A DNA stretch of 64,000 nucleotides, from NCBI GenBank assembly GCA_965113315.1, contig OZ220365.1; one strand, 5' to 3'. Every line of letters begins with the position of its first letter. The stretch's first letter is position 1. Both the position numbers and the translations under genes were made by a program. The stretch is from Podarcis vaucheri (Eukaryota). This document shows positions 34,901 to 47,541 of the stretch, in pieces. The notes beneath the pieces were generated by a model that saw only the letters and a program-made list of their open reading frames with translations, ran no database searches and was not told the DNA's origin.

Positions 34901-37900
34901 TGGGGAAGAAGCGGGATATTATTATGGTTATGGTGAGGGAATCAGGACAGCTTAAGTGCAGAGAAATGAAGACTTGTGCTGAGACCTGATCACTATATTG
35001 AGATTATTCTGTGGGAGTGTTCCTGCTAAATTAAAAAATTATGTTCACCACTGTATTCTCAGTGTTAATTAGCTGAACCTTTCCAGATGTATAAAGGCCT
35101 ATTTACAGTGCAGTTCAGAAAGGCAAGCAATAGGAATACCACAAAGAGATATATATGGAGTTGCCTTAGAAAACAGTCCAAAAAATCCAGCTGGTTTAAA
35201 ATAGGACAAAAAGAACACCAATGCTTTGTTAACTGCACTGACTCCTAGTCCATTTCTAGGCCCAGTGTTGGTATTGACTGAAGATAGTCTCCTCCCGTGT
35301 AGATGTACCTGGACCACAAGATCATATTCAGGGGTCTGTCTGTAGGTGCTCCCATCCAATGAGGTGAAGTGGGTGGCCACTGGGTAGAGGGCCTTTTTAG
35401 TGGTGAGGCCCCAGTTGTAGAATGTTATCTCCAAAAATGTTGTTGTGTTTTTGGTGCCAAATGAATACTTTTTTATTTTCAAACGTCGTTTAGATTTCGT
35501 GTATTTTTAAGTTCTGTGCACTATTATTGTTTTCTGATGCTGTTTTAATTGATTAATATTTTATGTCTTCTATTTTTACATTTCATAGCTTAACTTCTAT
35601 ATGTAAACTGCCCAGGGAATTTTTTGTTGATGGGCAGTATAGAAATATTGTAAGTAAATCAATAAGTGCTTCATTCAGTTTAAATGGTAATTGTGTATAT
35701 TGGCAGGACCAGCACAAAATTTCCTGGTACCTGAGGGCACAGCCAGCACTGCTTCCCAGTGTACCATTCCCATGCACTGATCTACTGCCTACTCCTTTTG
35801 GGTTTTTTTTGCTGCATCAGTGGCAGCAGCATGGATGAGCTCTCTCCAGGGCTTCCTACTTGGCAGTGCTTCACTCTAATGAAGAATTCTAGAGAACATA
35901 GGATCATTGCAGACAGAGGCATTGTGGGCCAGGTGGCTCTGAAGGGTGTCTTTGTCTCTGCTTTGACACCATTGCAGCCAGCAAATACCTTTTAAATTTA
36001 ACAGTGTACTACTTTTAAACTTTAAACTGCTTACTCTTCCTTAGAACAAGGCTGGGTGACCCAGTTCCAGTTAAAAGCCTTGTAGGAACTCCTTGAGTGC
36101 TAAATAGAAGGATGACCAGACTGAGGGACAGTGTGTGAATATGCTCTTCTCAGTCTTCCATCTGAAGAGAAGGTCTCAGTATAGCTAATGGATGGGCTGG
36201 GCCTGTCGGGGAGGGGATACGAAACTTTATGGCCAGGATACAAAGAGCAAAGGGAGCTATCCTCTGTACTGTATCACAAATTGTATGTAGTTACAAAAGT
36301 ACATACAGTGCAATTGCTCAGAGAGAATTGGAATTCTCACTGGGGCTTTCTCTGATATACAGCTCTTTGACTCAAGGCCTGAGTTTGCAAAAAGTTAAAT
36401 AGGATATAAAACATTACTCCCTAACTCTAGCTATGTGTGTTTATGTGAATGATGATACCTGTCAAATGAACTACAGGTTTTGTTTTTCTCTGTGTGGAGT
36501 TGCTATGTCTGTGTATTGTTAATGTAAAAAGGCATTGGAATTTTCTAGTTTGAAATTGCCCCTGAAAGAAAATGTTACATTATGTGGTTTTTGAATACTG
36601 CTGTTGGTTTAACTTCGTGGAAATGTGTAGCTGTTGCTATTTTGATTTGACTGGTAGGTCTATGGGTTTTATTCTTGAGATGTATCTGTACTTTTTAAAT
36701 GGGTTCAATTTTAGACTGCACAATGGCACTTCTTCTTTTGTGTTTCCAGTTTTCCACTTGACAGAGATGAATGTTGGCAGCCATAATTATTACTTTTAAA
36801 AATCTTGCATTTAGGAGGATTGACATCTCTCCAAGTGCCCTGAGGAAGCATACCCGTTTAGCGGGAGAAGAGAGAGCCTTTAAAGAAGAAACTCAGAAAG
36901 TAGGTTCTAAATTGATATTCTTAATTTTAGTTTTGGTTTAAAGCATCCAAGCCCTTTATCCCAGAGGCATGTTTTACAAATTCTGCTTTTATCATTTTAT
37001 GTCTTAAGTGATAATAGGTCTGACCTAGTTCTGATCATTTTCGAAGGATGCAGTGGACCAGTTTTGTGTAATCTAATTGTGACATTTTATCACTTTGACA
37101 CAAAAGGATTAATGTACTTTTTGTTCTTAGAAAAATAGACAATGGATTCTCTGAATTTGCTTAATTCTCGAATTTGCCAGTCGCACTAAAGCCTTTCACT
37201 CTCAGGAGCAGTTTTTCCCCCCTTTTAAGTGGGGGTGTGATATCCAGAAAGCCCTGTTTCACGAGTGGTATCCTATCTCTGGCTTCAATCCATTAATTAC
37301 CAATGTTATCCACAAAGGATGTAAAATAAGCTTTTCTTTAGACCAGGGGTCTGCAACCCGCGGCTCCGGAGCCACATGTGGCTCTTTTACACCTTTGCCG
37401 CGGCTCCGGGGCGGATACTAGCGAGGGGAGGAGGCGCATTGTGCGCCCCAACACTCCCCACTGTGGCGGGCACTGTACTGGCTGTGACGTCGCATGGGGG
37501 CGGTGCGTACATTGTAAGGGGCATGTACGCTGGTCACTGCATTGAAAGGGGGCATGTACGCTGGTCACTGTTTTGGAGGGGAGTGAAGAACACACACACA
37601 CACAAAGGTAACTTGTTAATTTAACGTTTATTTCTATGAGGAGGAGTAATTCTGAGGGGTCAAACAAAGAAATAATAAAAAAGTTATTTTTATAATGACT
37701 AGTTTTGCGGCTCCCAGTTTTTTTTTTCTTCGGAAATGGGTCCAAGTGGCTCTTTTTGTCTTAAAGGTTGCAGACCCCTGCTTTAGACTGTCCTAGTAAT
37801 TGTTAAAGATGTTGTTATATTGAAGTTTTGTTCCTGGATAATACTTGAAAGCTTCTTTCAGGTCTGCTTTCTTTTTGTAAGAGTAACTTTTCAGTCCCAA

Positions 37901-40900
37901 TTCAAGCAAGTTTACTCTCTTCTGTGAAAGATCATTCTACTAAATGTGCAAAAGAACTATTGGGAAAGGGAATATCGCTTACATAGCTGGGTAACAATGG
38001 AATCCTATGCCTGTTTATTTAGATGCATTCCCCACTAGGTTCATTATGATTTACTTACAGGAAAGTGTGTATAGGATTGCATGCAAAGAAGTTGATTTCC
38101 TATTTCATTCTCTTAAGGGTTTTTAATACTAAAACACTGCACATTTCTGATCCAGGGAGATAAAAAATTAAAGTGTGATGCTGCAGATCTTCGACATGAC
38201 ATCGACCGTCGTAGAAAAGAAAGAAGTAAAGAACGAGGAGACTCTAAAGGTTCCAGGGAATCCAGTGGATCAAGGAAGCAGGAGAAAATTCCAAAGGATT
38301 ACAAGGATTATAAATCTTACAAAGATGACAGGTAAAAGGCTTAGCTCCCATAACCAGGCTTTTAGCTTCTAATTAGACTTTTGTAATTATAAGCTTAATT
38401 GCTTTCAGTTATCACTGTACNNNNNNNNNNNNNNNNNNNNNNNNNNNNNNNNNNNNNNNNNNNNNNNNNNNNNNNNNNNNNNNNNNNNNNNNNNNNNNNN
38501 NNNNNNNNNNNNNNNNNNNNNNNNNNNNNNNNNNNNNNNNNNNNNNNNNNNNNNNNNNNNNNNNNNNNNNNNNNNNNNNNNNNNNNNNNNNNNNNNNNNN
38601 NNNNNNNNNNNNNNNNNNNNNNNNNNNNNNNNNNNNNNNNNNNNNNNNNNNNNNNNNNNNNNNNNNNNNNNNNNNNNNNNNNNNNNNNNNNNNNTTTACT
38701 GACATGTAGGCTTAATGTGGGAAAGGGGGGGGTGAGAGTTATTTCCCCCCCTCAAGACAGATAGTGGGCTCAGAGAAACAGGTTAGTCTTTAATAAAGCA
38801 ACTTACTCAATGTGAACTTGTAGCAGTGATAAGAATTACTTCAGGTATATCTACCTTTGGGGACTTGTATTATATTCTATAAAAACTGTAAAATCAATGC
38901 CAAATGTATTTGCTTTGGGGAAATTGAATGTGAAGATCATATTTTCCTGCTCTTACTTACATAATCATGGATTTACTTGCACTTTCTGTTTACTTTCTTA
39001 CACTGATGTCCATACAACCATCAGTTGCTGATTATTTCTGCACCCTGGGTTTATATAGCAAAAAGGCAATATCAATTTTTGCTTCTTGGTAAGATGTACA
39101 AAATAAATGAAATAGTATCACTTTAGAATTTTACCCTTGGGGATTTTCCCCTACTTTTTATTCTCTCTTCCATTGTAAAGCATGCATATATATTTAAATT
39201 AGTTTGCTGGCCAATAGGTTCTCCTTGTTAGGTGCTAATGAGCCAGTAGCTGTTAAAGAGTTATAGATGGAAACTGGATAGTGTAATAATACTGCACGTT
39301 AGATTCAAACAAGAAAAGAGGATAGCTTCTATGGGCACAGAAAATAAATCCTATGTATAGGATGCTACAGCAAACAGTATGGTTTCTTATTTTTCAGTAA
39401 ACAAAAAAGAGAGCAAGACCGTTCTCGATCTTCCTCAACTTCCTCCCCATCTTCCTCCTCATCCAGTTCCCGAGAAGAAAAGGACAGCAAGAAAGAAAGA
39501 GATGAAGAATTTAAACCCCATCACGAGCAGAAAGAATACCCAGGTTTTACAGGAGTTGGAAGACCTAGAGGCACATTTGTGAGTTTCTACCATACTTTTC
39601 CTCGTTTTTTTTTAATGTCATAATTATAATAACTGCATTCAAATTATTAGGGTTTAGTTGTTTTATGTGAAATATTATGGAAGTGCATTTTGAAGAAGTT
39701 CCTGCTGGAAATGTAGCTTGCAAGGAGGAAATATATAAAATCCTATCCTAGATAGGGATATATTTATCTTTTTTGGCTTAAAATAATAAAAATATGCACA
39801 ATAAACATCTAGTCACACCTGCGGTATTTCCTATTGCGTTCTACCATTAGCTTGCACATATGCTTGGTAGTCATGATTTTAAGTGTTTGAAAAGTTGATT
39901 GTGAATTTTCTCACAGAATATTCTACCTTGTTGATGATAATTAAGGAGTAAGTTTTTCTGCTGTGTGTATTCCTTTTTCCATATTCTTTGTTTTGCTTTT
40001 TTGTAGTTCTAGTCTCTTTTTAATCATGAGCAGTGTTGAGCAGGAGGGACCAAATTAACCAGAGTAATGTGTGACTACAAGAGGAAACAGTGCCATCTGG
40101 GCTTTCATGTTCAGTGACAAATAAGGAGCCAATTCATACATTATTTGAGATTGGCATGAGAGACAGGTGTATACAATTTTAAAGCAGTTGCCTTATTTGT
40201 ATTGAGCTAAAGTTCATTGCACTCTGGATAGTATCATGTGCTTTAAAATGGGATGAGAGAGTTCATTATGGGGAGGAGCAAGATGCAGTTTTACTGCCTA
40301 CATCTCATTGCAGGCCAAATCGAACAATGGATTACTTATACCCAACCCAAACTTCACTAGTAAGGTGTTGGTTTTGTGTGACACGTAGTCACAGTTAAGT
40401 AATGCCTGTTAATTGCAAATGCCAAAATCCTGAGGCCCTTAAAATTGCAAGATTTAAATAATCCAGAGTTGGCTTGTTGTTGGGTCTCTTCTTTGCTGTG
40501 CTTATGGTTTCATTGTTTCAGAATAGAGTAGGATAGCTAAATTCTTTATAGTAAAATATTATAGTTTATCAAGAGTACCTAAACTAGGGCTAAGTATTTT
40601 AAAGAATTACAAGAAATTGTTATGTTCAATTGGACTGTGAGCAACCAATATTTGTAAAAACTGACCTAAGAAGTTACACAAGAATATAATCAACAATAAA
40701 GGGATATATAACATTCTTGCTATGGAATGACATGTATGCTGTGAAATATAAAGCAACATTTTAACAGCTTTAGTAGTTTAAATGGGAAGATGGAATTGGG
40801 ACTGGTTATCATTATTGAGGGTGTATCCAGTTTTAAATTTTAAGAAACACTATTACTTGGTGGCAAATAAGTATATTAGAGAGAGATAATTTAGTGGTGC

Positions 40901-43900
40901 TTTCTTTTATTTCTTTAAAGTATTTTTATTCTGCTCTTCATGCAGAAAAAAAACCGACTCTGGTGTGACTTACAAAAATCATCAAAAAGGTAGTCCTTGC
41001 CCTTGGGCTTTAGATCAAAAGAGAGACACACAGAAGCAAAAGGGGTTTGAAGGGGGGCGAGGAAACAAGCTCATGCACTTGAGCTTCTTGTAATGACCAG
41101 CTGGAATTGAAATATTTGGGAAAGAAGAGCTAGAAGTTGCTGGTCTTTCAGCAGACTCTTAATTTGCGCTCAATAATTTGGTTTGTTTTCTTCACATGAT
41201 GTGAGTGGACTTAAAGGGCAATACAACGCACTTGCCCAAGCATGCAATCCTGTATGCAAATTCTGTATCCCCATGTTATATATTAGACTTAGAATTTACA
41301 TACTTAATATAAATGTAAGTATGTAATTTTAAGAACCTAAGCTTCAGGCAACCTATTCTTTTCTTCCTTATAGCAGTTGCTCCTCCACATCTGCCTCAAC
41401 ACTACACCACAATCTTTTTATCTTTTCAGAAATGTTACCAAAGACCATTTTCCAAGATCTTCAAATTAGTTACTTAATGTGGTTTATACCTTAGTTATAA
41501 TCATTTAATGTTTTTGGTGTAAGTAATATTGTGCCATATAGTTCCTGTTATAAATGAGCCTTCTATATAGGATAGTGTATGAAACATTGAAAGGCAGCTA
41601 TGACTTGGACAGAACTGTGGGTCTTGCCATGCCAGCAACTAGAAACAGGTCAAGACTGTTTTTTTAATGCTACTTCTTTTAAGTTACTTGAAAGTATTTT
41701 TCCTATTACATCTCTGTTGTGCTATTTCAGTTAAAATGCATTTTTAAAAATCTAGGCTCTTTCCATGTCTCTTATTTTTTCTCCTTTCTTGCTTTTTATG
41801 TTGAATATTCTAGACTACCAGACTTTGATTGTTCATTGTAATGTGCAGTAAGAGAACAGTAACTCCCGAACACATGTGTTTAATTTCTCCATCCTTCAAA
41901 GCTAGGCTTTTAAGCTGCTTCTTTGGAGAACTAGAAGCATCAGCAAAAATTGCTGAATTTTGTGTTTTCCGTGGAATACTAGACATTAGAAATTTATCAC
42001 TATCATATACTACTTTTTCAAAGTGTTATCTTGGATACGCCCCTTTTAAAAAAATTGTAAACGCTCTTCTGCTAGCTAAAATGCCATTACCTTAAAGTGG
42101 CTGTTAAATTCTGTAGATTGATCCATAAGCCACTTCATTTGTGTGTGGTATTATCTGATGAATGATAACAAAGCATATTAGTTCATGCATTAGGAATTTA
42201 TCATTTGCTTTGTGTAAACAAATTAAATGCATAAATGCTTTGGTTAATCAGTTTCGAATTAGGGGCAGAGGAAGAGCCAGAGGCGTGTTTGCTGGAACAA
42301 ATACTGGTCCCAGCAACTCAAACACTACTTTTCAAAAGAGACCGAAGGAGGAGGAATGGGATCCTGAATATACCCCAAAAAGCAAGAAATACTTCTTGGT
42401 GGGTGCCATACTATTATGCATGCATCTTTTCTCAAAGCTTGTCTTATAAGCAAATTTATGTAGGCAATATCTAAAGCATCTTCTATCATTTGAAGAATCT
42501 TAAGAGTCCTATAGGGGGAGCATTAGAGCTCATACTTGCTTTTATATCCATCTACGGCTGATAAGAAATGACTAGCGGTAGAAGACAGGTCTTTTTGCAC
42601 AACCTCTTGCTTGTCAGTTGTGAAGAGAAAAGGAAAGAAAGTCTAGCACTTACAATAGGCGTCCCCAAACTCGGCTCTCCAGATGTTTTGGAACTACAAT
42701 TCCCATCATTCCTGACCACAGGTCCTGTTAGCTAGGGATGATGGGAGTTGTAGTTCCAAAACAGCTGGAGGGCCGAGTTTAGGGGTGCCTGACTTACTCC
42801 TGCAATACAAAGTTGTAAATACCTTATTCTATAGCAGATTTCACAGTTGTAATACCTGCAACTGTAAGGTGTTTGGCTTGCATAAGACCTGTGAGAGAAA
42901 CGGATAGTAACTGCACCACTGGTTTCAGTTGAATAAACATTAAAATCTTGCCCCTCCTGTTCACCCCAACCGCCTCCCCCAAGTACCTTTTAGGCCCTGA
43001 GGAAGTTATAAATGCTTCCCTGATCCAAAGCCTTTGGTCAATATATGACTAGAAAGAAAAGCACATTTTTGCATTGTATTCTCTCCTGATGCCCCTTAGA
43101 CCCAGGTTTTTTTTGGGGGGGGGGATGTGTACAACAAACTTTACCTGCACCATAACCTTGTGCTGCTTTTATGAGGCAAAAGAGAGTTATTTATGCCTTC
43201 CCTATCAGTCTTAGCCTGGTCGTCCAGTGTCAGGTAATGGGCAAGTTTATCCCCCAAAGGGTTGCCCCCCGAGTATAGCATTTCCAGTAGTAATTTATTT
43301 ATTGGAGGGAAAGTAAAAGCATCCATTCAAGGAGGCCACTGAAGTCCTGTCGTCTATCCAAAGTGATTTGGGCTTTGGAATTCCTTAACTTGTTTTTAGC
43401 CTGTTTGCATTGGGAAGGAAGTCAAGGCTATATCTGAATAGCCTTGTCTGTCCTGTGCTCTGTTTCATGGTCTACACTATGTCAATATTGGGAACTTGCA
43501 TTTCTGTGTAAAATCTTTCTGATTGCTCACTTGGCAGATTTTTATAGATGAAAATCAAAAAATGTAATGTAAGTGTGATCTGCAACAAAATGTTAACAGT
43601 GCTTGTTCCCCTTTCCCCTTCCTCCAGCAGCCGGCCAACATTTTGTAGGCATTGTACTTACCTAGCCCTAATTGGGCTGTTTTGGGAATCCTCCACTTTA
43701 TTCTGTTTTTTGTACTTCTGCAAATCTTGGGAGTTCCTCTGAGTTTTGACTATATAAGTTATAGTTGCAACCACACTCATTCCTCAACATTGGAAATTGA
43801 GAGAATGATACGGTGGGCATGGTTAGTTTTCTTTGATTTTTTTGATGTAGCAAAATCTGCCATGTGACTTTTCAGAAAATATGTATATTAACCCATTATT

Positions 43901-44763
43901 TATTGTTTCTTCCCATACATTTTTGCATTCCATCAATTAGTACTGGTAAACCCAAGGGTGTAGTATAGATAATTGAAACATAGACAATTTATATTGAATC
44001 AGACAAGCAGAAGCCTGTGCAAATGACTAAGATATTTTGTTGCACCTAAAACTATGAATAATCTGTTCTGTGTTCCTTCAAATCGATGAGGGCCCTTAGA
44101 TCAGTGGAACAGCATATGCTTTGTATATCTAACACACTAAATTTAATCACTGGCATCTCCAATTAAGGGAACTTTGGTAGCAGCTCTGGGAGATGCCTCT
44201 ACCCAAGACATAGTTTTGCACAAGCTTTCCAGTCCAAATGGACAATGCTGAGTTTGATGGACCCAATATTCTAACTTGATATCGGGCAATTTTGTATGTC
44301 TGTATGCTTCAGAACATCAAGAACAAATGACTCAGCTACAGTTTTTAGCTATGTGAAGCAGGCAGTTTAAACTTTTCCAAATAAAGTGTGTTGGATGCTT
44401 AATTTTCCATTGTTAATCCATGTTTTACTCTAGCATGATGACAGAGATGATGGTGTAGATTACTGGGCTAAAAGAGGAAGAGGTCGTGGCACTTTCCAGC
44501 GTAGCAGAGGAAGATTCAACTTCAAAAAATCAGGTAGCAGTCCAAAGTGGACACATGACAAATACCAAGGGGATGGGCTTGTGGAAGATGAAGAAGAAAC
44601 AATGGAAAATGAAGACAAGGAGAGACGTAAAGAAGAAAAAGTAAGTAGTTCTGGTTTATGAACTCCTTTATTGCTCTATGAATTCTAATTCTAATTTTAA
44701 ATGGCTTAAAAATCCAAAGTGTAAATAGTGCAAACATTTTCATCTCTTTTTGCACAGGAATAG
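25804..44763 (+). CDS. BCLAF1: Bcl-2-associated transcription factor 1, 11 coding exons, 918 aa (whole CDS span)
   Basis: Exons 25804-25907, 26484-27389, 28626-29294, 29387-29556, 34247-34352, 36815-36899, 38156-38331, 39398-39578, 42252-42398, 44434-44640, 44758-44763; total 2757 nt, all GT-AG and in phase. RS-rich N-terminus [62 protein letters not shown] and [21 protein letters not shown] closely match human BCLAF1 as recalled. Confidence 0.97.
26484..27389 (+). CDS. BCLAF1: BCLAF1 exon 4 (RS/RG-rich)
   Basis: Within ORF 26455-27393; tag| acceptor, AG|GTAGGA donor. Confidence 0.96.
28626..29294 (+). CDS. BCLAF1: BCLAF1 exon 5 (includes alternative 5a portion)
   Basis: Within ORF 28591-29298; cacag| acceptor, AG|GTAATT donor. 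Confidence 0.96.
29387..29556 (+). CDS. BCLAF1: BCLAF1 exon 6
   Basis: [11 protein letters not shown]...HHVK; follows a 92-nt intron. Confidence 0.95.
34247..34352 (+). CDS. BCLAF1: BCLAF1 exon 7
   Basis: [35 protein letters not shown]. Confidence 0.94.
35300..35665 (+). mobile_element. Degraded L2-type LINE 3' fragment
   Basis: GAGGGCCTTTTTAGTGGTGAGGCCC...TAGAATG followed by a T-rich tail ending GGGCAGTATAGAAAT..AATAA. Confidence 0.45.
36815..36899 (+). CDS. BCLAF1: BCLAF1 exon 8
   Basis: [29 protein letters not shown]. Confidence 0.94.
37344..37780. mobile_element. Young non-autonomous hAT transposon
   Basis: Perfect 15-bp TIR CAGGGGTCTGCAACC / GGTTGCAGACCCCTG and perfect 8-bp TSD CTTTAGAC (37336-37343, 37781-37788). 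Confidence 0.92.
38156..38331 (+). CDS. BCLAF1: BCLAF1 exon 9
   Basis: [32 protein letters not shown]...YKDD. Confidence 0.94.
38421..38694. other. Assembly gap (274 N) in BCLAF1 intron 9
   Basis: Run of N. Confidence 1.
39398..39578 (+). CDS. BCLAF1: BCLAF1 exon 10
   Basis: [14 protein letters not shown]...GVGRPRGTF; donor TTT|GTGAGT. Confidence 0.93.
42252..42398 (+). CDS. BCLAF1: BCLAF1 exon 11 (49-aa cassette exon)
   Basis: [49 protein letters not shown]; phase 0-0, weak polypyrimidine tract. Confidence 0.93.
42656..42791. mobile_element. Short hairpin hAT-type MITE
   Basis: Near-palindrome TAGGCGTCCCCAAACT...AGTTTAGGGGTGCCTG; imperfect 8-bp TSD ACTTACAA / ACTTACTC. Confidence 0.8.
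44434..44640 (+). CDS. BCLAF1: BCLAF1 exon 12
   Basis: [23 protein letters not shown]...KEEK; donor AAA|GTAAGT. Confidence 0.95.
44758..44763 (+). CDS. BCLAF1: BCLAF1 last exon, coding part (GAA TAG)
   Basis: tttttgcacag|GAA TAG TAA gives the ...KEEKE* C-terminus. Confidence 0.88.
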   Translation, partial: E

Positions 44764-46560
44764 TAAATTTGAAGATGAACTACAGCTGAAAACATCTATG
44801 TGCTATCTACACAGCGTTATAATATGACTTGTCTTCAAATGAATGTAAGCATTTTACTTAAATTTTATTGTTGGAGAGTAGTTTAGTTTAGTTTAGTTTT
44901 TGTTTTTTGTTCTTTTGCAATCTCACTAAATAGTAACTGTTGATGATTATACAAAAGCAAGTAGAAAAAGTACAATACTATTTGTCATGAGCAACTTTTT
45001 AAAATGTTTACTGATTGTTATAAGCAGTGTAACTTTGCTTTGTCCAGAATATATGGTGAGAGAACCCTGAAAGTTGTATTTCATTGCCCCTTCCACAGCT
45101 GTGTTTATTCTAAAGTAAAACTTAGGTCTGCACATCTAAATCTTGAGGCAGCGTTTTAAAATAAATCAGTACTAAAGATCAATTCTATGATGGAGCTAGT
45201 AATTTCCTGAACTTTTTATTTGTGTGGCTTATGTTTAAATTGCAGCATAATATTACTTTGACTGATTTGGGGTGGGAGACTAATAATTTGTTTAATGCAG
45301 CCACCAAATGTCTCAACATTTGAACAGCACTGCAAGATTAAGGATTTGCAATCTGTTTTCACAAAGCTTGCTATAGATCACATTTAAGAACCTGAGTACT
45401 TTGCTATCTTTTGTATCCCATTTTCTGAAAAATGAGTGCAAATAGGACATTATGCAAGTCAGTGTTGGGATCTTATTAATTCTCTCATACATTCACATTT
45501 CTAGAACACGATGGAAGTTCTCTTCTGAACTGATCTAGATCTGACAAGTAGAGCTGTAGCTTAACAGGTGCTACGTTTCTCCGTCCACATACCCTTACTG
45601 CTAATGGGGAAATGCCTCAACTGTTTGTGCAACAGCACTAAAAGTAGATTGACCTTCTGCATACTTTTCTTACAAGAAGACTTGTCCTACATTCCAAACC
45701 TTTAGGCGTACGACAGAAAGAGGTAAATTGTAGTGAAAAAGTTACCTTTAACACAAGCATGTTTCAGTGTTTTCCCCCCCAGAGTTTACATGCATAATAA
45801 ACATAGTCTTATGTAAAGCACTAGATGCTATCCATTTATAACATTTAAGCAGTGTGTATAACAAAATGACATTATTACTGCAGGAACATTAGAGGAAGAC
45901 TCACTGACATCTCGTGAAAGTGTTGGCCAGAAAACTCATGGCAATATTGATCCAGCTACCAAATGTATCAATCTTTTCCCCAGTTTGTAAAATAGTATTT
46001 TCCGTGGGTTTTCTTCAGATAAATAACTTGACCATTTGGATATCTTCATGTTTTCAGTCTTCAGTGGAATAAAGATGTGAAAATTCTAAAATGACAAGAG
46101 ACTTTCATTTGCAGGTCCAACACATCATAGAAACATTATTAAAGCTGTATGTTTAAGTCTAAGCTATAAAGATTCTTGGAGGAAAGTCTGACATTCTATT
46201 TTACATTTAAAAACCACATACTGAAAGAGTAATTTAAGCCAAACTTGAATTCATGTGTCCATTTAAAAGCTGAAGGCCAGTGTTTTGTCCAATAAATTCT
46301 ACTGCTTGAAATCATATTTCAGTAATTGCTAAGTTCTGAAAGTCACACTGTTGGTACTTGTACTCTGACTGCCATCAGCTATTGAGAGATTCAGACTACC
46401 GTCTTCTCTAGTCCTGCTGCCAGGTATTAGACTGAATGGCATCTATAAATGCAAAGCATTGAGGTGTACCGTTGAGCACACCCTGCTCAGTATCTTAATG
46501 GTAATGTGCAAAGTACTGTATTCAGTAGTAAAATAAATCATTTTTTTGTAAGGTAAACTG
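44764..46560 (+). other. BCLAF1: BCLAF1 3' UTR with several AATAAA signals (about 45160, 46068, 46291, 46532)
   Basis: AT-rich, repeat-free stretch after the stop; the signal at 46532 is followed by a T/GT-rich element. The 3' end is approximate. Confidence 0.55.
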
Positions 46561-47013
46561 TGATATGAAGATTATGGTCTACATTATGACATCACAACAG
46601 AGCTTCTCTTTCCTGTTCTCCCTTCAGCCCCCCAAATCTGTTCCAGAGAGTTGGGGAACCCTATGGAGCAATTTTTGGGAGCTCGGGGGGTGAAAGGGGA
46701 GAAATTGGAAGCTCTGTTGCACAAGCAGATGGGTATTATGGATGCAGCCTGATTTATTCTTACCTTGTTGGGTTAAGTAACCAAGAAGTCTAGATACAGC
46801 TGTCCAAATTACTTGTTTTCACAAAATAAATTCTAGGCTTTTGTAATATACGACCATGCATCTCCTTTATAAAACTGTAGTTTGGATCTAAAAGGGAGAT
46901 TTATGCTTTCTTAATCTAGTCACAGATCACACAGGATTTTTTTTATAAGTCCTTGGGTGGAAGCACAGTGCCTATTTTAAACAAGCAAGGTTACAAGAAC
47001 AGAGTTTACAACT

Positions 47014-47195
47014 AAACATTAGGAATAACTTTTTGACAGTAAGAATTGTTTGAAAGAGGAACGAAGTCCCTCAGAACGTGGTGGACCATCCTTCATTGGA
47101 AGTTTTTAAGCAGAGGTTGGATGGCCATCTGTCCTGGACGCTTTAGGCTAGATGACCCTCAGGGTCCCTTCCAACTCTACAGTTCTATGATTCTA
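47014..47195 (+). mobile_element. CR1 LINE 3' end
   Basis: AACATTAGGAATAACTTTTTGACAGTAAGA...GGTCCCTTCCAACTCTACAGTTCTATGATTCTA tail. Confidence 0.75.
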
Positions 47196-47329
47196 AGGTA
47201 GATTAGCTCAGAAGTCATCTATTTACAACAGTAGCATAGATTTGCAACATTGGGAGCAATGGATTGTCTCTGGCTAAATCATATGAGCAGACCCAGTAAA
47301 ATCAGTGGGCTTAACTTAGTTACTAACAT

Positions 47330-47435
47330 GAGAACATAAAAAGAGCCTGCTGGATCACCATCTAGCCCAGCATCCTTTTCACAGTGGCCAACTGGATGTC
47401 TGTGGGAGACCCACAAGCAGAATTCAAGCACAAGA
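47330..47435 (-). mobile_element. CR1-type 3' end fragment
   Basis: AGAACATAAAAAGAGCCTGCTGGATCA...CCAGCATCC; same family as the 56605 copy. Confidence 0.5.
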
Positions 47436-47456
47436 GCACTCAGACATATGATATAA

Positions 47457-47541
47457 AAGCAGTGGAAGACAGGAGTGCCTGGCGTGCTCTGGTCCATGGG
47501 GTCACGAAGAGTTGGACACGACTAAACAACAACAAACAACT
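47457..47541 (+). mobile_element. BovB/RTE LINE 3' end
   Basis: GACAGGAGTGCCTGGCGTGCTCTGGTCCATGGGGTCACGAAGAGTTGGACACGACTAAAC(AAC)n. Confidence 0.8.

Noticed and set aside
38399-38764. ORFs spanning the N run
   Set aside because: Artefacts of the assembly gap; BCLAF1 exons 9 and 10 join in phase, so no coding exon is needed there.
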